Shown here: piece after piece, positions 61,051 through 64,000 of the stretch
Layout of the letters: each line of letters opens with the position of its first letter
How positions within the stretch are numbered: the stretch's first letter is position 1
Source: Alphaproteobacteria bacterium
Lineage (GTDB): Bacteria > Pseudomonadota > Alphaproteobacteria > UBA8366
Assembly: GCA_049601975.1 (NCBI GenBank)
Contig: JBMYRC010000009.1
Span: 414-64,413, forward strand
Direction: 5' to 3'
Length of the DNA: 64,000 bases
The notes under the pieces: generated by a model
Told to the model about the DNA's origin: nothing
Database searches by the model: none
What the model saw: only the letters and a program-made list of their open reading frames with translations
Program-made: the position numbers and the translations under genes

Positions 61051-62019
61051 TTAAACGCCGGATTCGCCGCGCGGCATCCGCTCGCCGAGACGCGCTCTGT
61101 CCAGCGGCTCAAGCTGATTTACGACGATGACTTTCTTGAGTAATTTCACGTAGGCGTCGCCTTTTTCCGAATAGGATTTCAAAGACGAAATCAACGTTAG
61201 GCTGTCAAGGCGCGCACCTGAAGCTCGCATGGTCTCGCGCATCGCACGAAAGCGGCGATAGGCGCGATGAGTATTCAGGTTATGAATATAGGATCGAACG
61301 GACTCATACAGATCGTCGAACGCCCGAATTTTATGAGTTTTCCCGTCCGTTCGGTCTTTGGGTACAAGTCCCTTGAAAGACGCCGTCGTCCATTGTCCGA
61401 ACGGCGCATTGCCTTCGAGGACAAACCGCGACGTGCCCCACCCACTCTCGATCGCGCTCTGCGCGAGTGCAATGGATACCGGCAGAATATCGACACGTGC
61501 TAAGAGCAAGTCGATGCTGGGCTTACGCACACCATAACGCCGCGCCATATTCTTTAGGTAAACTCGATCATCGTCCGAGATGGCCGTCCCTGTTTCCTGT
61601 GCGTGCTTGATACGTAGAAGCCGGTTCCGCTCAGCGCGCACGCCTTCATTCGCCTTCAACACCAGAGGCAGCATCATCCGAAGAAAAACCTGCTTTCGCT
61701 CCGCCGGTTGCGGGATCTTTCGCATGCCGCGCGGCACGGACGCCAAATACAGCGGCGGCACCCTACGCTCACCACTGCGAACCGTATCCAGGTCGTATTC
61801 AATGCTTGCGAAAAGTTGACGCAATTTTACGACGGACGGAACGAAGGCAATCTCCTTCGGCTTCAGCAGCGACGCATTTCCGGCGGCGCTTCCCAGCGAT
61901 GCAGGCGACGGCACGACATTGGCCCAGGGTCCGAGCCAAAACCCGACGATCGCAACCGCTACAATGCCCGGCCACGCGACGCCAAGCCGCGCGGTTAAAC
62001 GATTTTCATTGACCTGCAT
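61051..62019 (-). CDS. glucosaminidase-domain protein (Bax-like)
   Basis: VSIALAQSAIESGWGTSRF...GNAPFG, a mannosyl-glycoprotein endo-beta-N-acetylglucosaminidase motif. N-terminal TM anchor. Confidence 0.75.
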   Translation of the reverse strand: MQVNENRLTARLGVAWPGIVAVAIVGFWLGPWANVVPSPASLGSAAGNASLLKPKEIAFVPSVVKLRQLFASIEYDLDTVRSGERRVPPLYLASVPRGMRKIPQPAERKQVFLRMMLPLVLKANEGVRAERNRLLRIKHAQETGTAISDDDRVYLKNMARRYGVRKPSIDLLLARVDILPVSIALAQSAIESGWGTSRFVLEGNAPFGQWTTASFKGLVPKDRTDGKTHKIRAFDDLYESVRSYIHNLNTHRAYRRFRAMRETMRASGARLDSLTLISSLKSYSEKGDAYVKLLKKVIVVNQLEPLDRARLGERMPRGESGV

Positions 62020-62070
62020 CGGTCAAGGCCCCTCTCTCGACCCGCTACTCCAGAGCGGGTCGGCCACCCA

Positions 62071-62631
62071 TTACATCGCGGCACGGACTTCCGTCACTTC
62101 CGGAATATAGTGCTTCAGCATATTCTCGATCCCCATCTTCAAGGTCATCGAGGAACTTGGGCACCCGGCGCATGCGCCGCGCAATTGAAGATATACGACC
62201 CCCTCGTCGAATCCTTCGAAAACAATATCTCCGCCATCCTGAGCGACAGCAGGCCGGACTCGGGTCTCGATCAGCTCTTTGATCTGTCCCACGACTTCAC
62301 TGTCTTCCTCCGTTGCAGCCGATGCACCATCGTCGGCAGTTACATCGGACATGATCGGAAGGCCGGTGGTCATATGCTCCATCATAGCGCCTAAGATGGC
62401 GGGTTTCAGCACATGCCACTCCTTGTCGGAACTCTTTGTAATCGTGATGAAATCAGCGCCAAAGAACACCGCTGCCACACCATCAATCTCAAACAAGCTC
62501 GACGCCAGCGGCGAACGGCCAGCAGCATCTTCCACCCCAGTGAAATCGGCAGTTCCGGAGGCAAGAACGGCGCGTCCCGGTAGAAATTTAAGCGTCGCCG
62601 GATTTGGCGTCTGCTCGGTCTGTATGAACAT
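62071..62631 (-). CDS. NifU family Fe-S cluster scaffold/carrier (Nfu_N plus NifU C-terminal domain)
   Basis: MFIQTEQTPNPATLKFLPG (Nfu_N) and GACAGCPSSSMTLK (CxxC). Confidence 0.88.
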   Translation of the reverse strand: MFIQTEQTPNPATLKFLPGRAVLASGTADFTGVEDAAGRSPLASSLFEIDGVAAVFFGADFITITKSSDKEWHVLKPAILGAMMEHMTTGLPIMSDVTADDGASAATEEDSEVVGQIKELIETRVRPAVAQDGGDIVFEGFDEGVVYLQLRGACAGCPSSSMTLKMGIENMLKHYIPEVTEVRAAM

Positions 62632-62703
62632 CCAAAGACTCCTCGAAGGGCTTGATGCCCAATGTAAAACCTTATCTATAAATGGGGTTGAGGGAAACGA
62701 CGA

Positions 62704-63201
62704 TCAAGTGATCGCGTCAATCTCTTCGTGGGTCAACGTTCCCGGCACCACAGTCACCGGTACGTGTAGTCGCCGAACCCCCTTGTTCATCATATAGCTG
62801 ATGATAGGGCCCGGCCCTTTAGCCTCATTGCCGGTCGCCAATACAAGGATCGAAATAGACGGCTCCTCATCCATCAATTTAAACAACTCTTCGCTGCGAT
62901 CCCCTTCACGAATGTAAAGAATTGGGACTTTGCCTGTCTGTCGTTGAACTTCGCCCGAATGTTTTTGGAGCAATTCCTCGCCTGCTTCCCGGGCTTCTTC
63001 ACGCATCAGATCGCCGACGGCCATCCAATGCTGAAAATCGGCTTTATCGGGAACGTAGAACAGCGCTACTCGCCCGTCCGTATGTTCGGCGCGGCGGCAG
63101 GCGAAATGCAACGCGATGGGCATCTCATCGCTGTCATCCACCACTACAAGAAAGACCCGCTCTTCCAACGGTGGTGATTCCGCAACTCCAAATTCCGACA
63201 T
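62704..63201 (-). CDS. universal stress protein family protein
   Basis: VFLVVVDDSDE...HVPVTVVPG pattern. Start placed at ATG 63201 with a GGGGAG RBS. Confidence 0.7.
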   Translation of the reverse strand: MSEFGVAESPPLEERVFLVVVDDSDEMPIALHFACRRAEHTDGRVALFYVPDKADFQHWMAVGDLMREEAREAGEELLQKHSGEVQRQTGKVPILYIREGDRSEELFKLMDEEPSISILVLATGNEAKGPGPIISYMMNKGVRRLHVPVTVVPGTLTHEEIDAIT

Positions 63202-63267
63202 TTCCACTCCCCGTTTCAGGCTTATCCTGCCATCGAAACGCACGGGCGTCTATCGCTGAGGTTGGAG

Positions 63268-64000
63268 TCAATCGCGCAGGAAACCAACCGCCTCGAAGAC
63301 TTCCGCCAGCACCGGGCCCGATAAGGCCCGCGCGCGTTCGCCGCCGTCACGCAAAACCGCGTCGATTTCACCGGGCTCCGCCATCAACCGCTGCATTTCC
63401 ACGCCAATGGGACCAAGCTGCGCTACCGCGAGTTCGGTCAACTTCTCCTTAAAACCCGAAAACGGCAATCCGCCGACATCGCCGAGCACGGCCTTCGGGG
63501 TCGAATCGCTGAGCGCCGCATAAATACCGATTAAGTTCTCCGCTTCCGGACGTTCTTCCAATCCTTCGACCTCGCTTGGCAAGGGTTCCGGGTCGGTCTT
63601 CGCTTTGCGGATCTTCTTGGCGATCTCGTCGGTGCCGTCATTCAGATTGATCCGGCTGTATTCGGACGGGTCCGATTTCGACATTTTCTGCGTGCCGTTA
63701 CGCAAGGACATGACACGGCTCGCGACGCTAAGGATGATCGGTTCCGGCAACGGGAAAAGGTCGACTTTAAAGTCATTATTGAACTTCTGAGCGATGTCGC
63801 GGGACAGCTCCAAGTGTTGCTTTTGATCGTCGCCAACCGGCACATGCGTCGCTTGATAGGCCAGAATATCCGCCGCCATGAGAACCGGGTAGTCGTATAG
63901 CCCGACCGAGGCGTTCTCGCGATGTTTTCCGGCTTTCTCCTTGAACTGTGTCATCCGGTTCAACCACCCAAGACGAGCAACGCAATTTAAAACCCACGCC
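63268..64000 (-). CDS. trpS: tryptophan-tRNA ligase, partial (N-terminus beyond the window end)
   Basis: [12 protein letters not shown], and KMSKSDP (KMSKS loop). The frame stays open upstream of the ORF-track start to position 64000 (..[19 protein letters not shown]). Confidence 0.9.
   Translation of the reverse strand, partial: AWVLNCVARLGWLNRMTQFKEKAGKHRENASVGLYDYPVLMAADILAYQATHVPVGDDQKQHLELSRDIAQKFNNDFKVDLFPLPEPIILSVASRVMSLRNGTQKMSKSDPSEYSRINLNDGTDEIAKKIRKAKTDPEPLPSEVEGLEERPEAENLIGIYAALSDSTPKAVLGDVGGLPFSGFKEKLTELAVAQLGPIGVEMQRLMAEPGEIDAVLRDGGERARALSGPVLAEVFEAVGFLRD

Overview
This window reads as a moderately GC-rich (about 55-57% by eye) alphaproteobacterial chromosome segment. The taxonomic call rests on RegB/RegA, MucR, an Irr-like Fur paralog, fabA-fabB-fabI and the miaB-phoH-ybeY-corC-lnt order. 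It is dominated by core housekeeping genes: rpsT-dnaA-dnaN-recF-gyrB, fabABI, pnp-rpsO-truB-rbfA-infB-ylxR-nusA-rimP, trmB-metK, lnt-corC-ybeY-phoH-miaB, fur, mucR, rimI-tsaB, nfu, trpS, hldE, dut-coaBC, ubiE-ubiB, mutM and cysK. I found no rRNA, tRNA, CRISPR array, transposase, integrase or phage genes, and no convincing new multi-gene defence or mobile system. Four things deserve a second look. (1) Between about 1.4 and 12.6 kb, six accessory genes are visibly decayed by in-frame TAG/TAA/TGA codons and frameshifts: an enolase-superfamily enzyme, a TlpA-like thioredoxin, a J-domain protein, a metallophosphoesterase abutting a 5'-truncated EAL-like fragment, and cobD/cbiB. Nearly all core genes in the window are intact, which suggests relaxed selection or genome reduction. 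(2) A Fur-family regulator sits next to a rubrerythrin / CCG Fe-S protein / DUF3501 operon that, as far as I know, has no characterised function; candidate operators lie upstream. (3) A strong terminator-like hairpin plus U-run lies 27 nt upstream of rimP-nusA-infB and may be an attenuator. (4) Smaller oddities include divergent genes sharing a CATG start, a possible frameshift in an XRE regulator next to metK, a lower-GC segment carrying an orphan gene and a SYLF gene, and a secreted ankyrin-repeat protein. All product calls come from motifs I recognised in the supplied translations; no database search was run.
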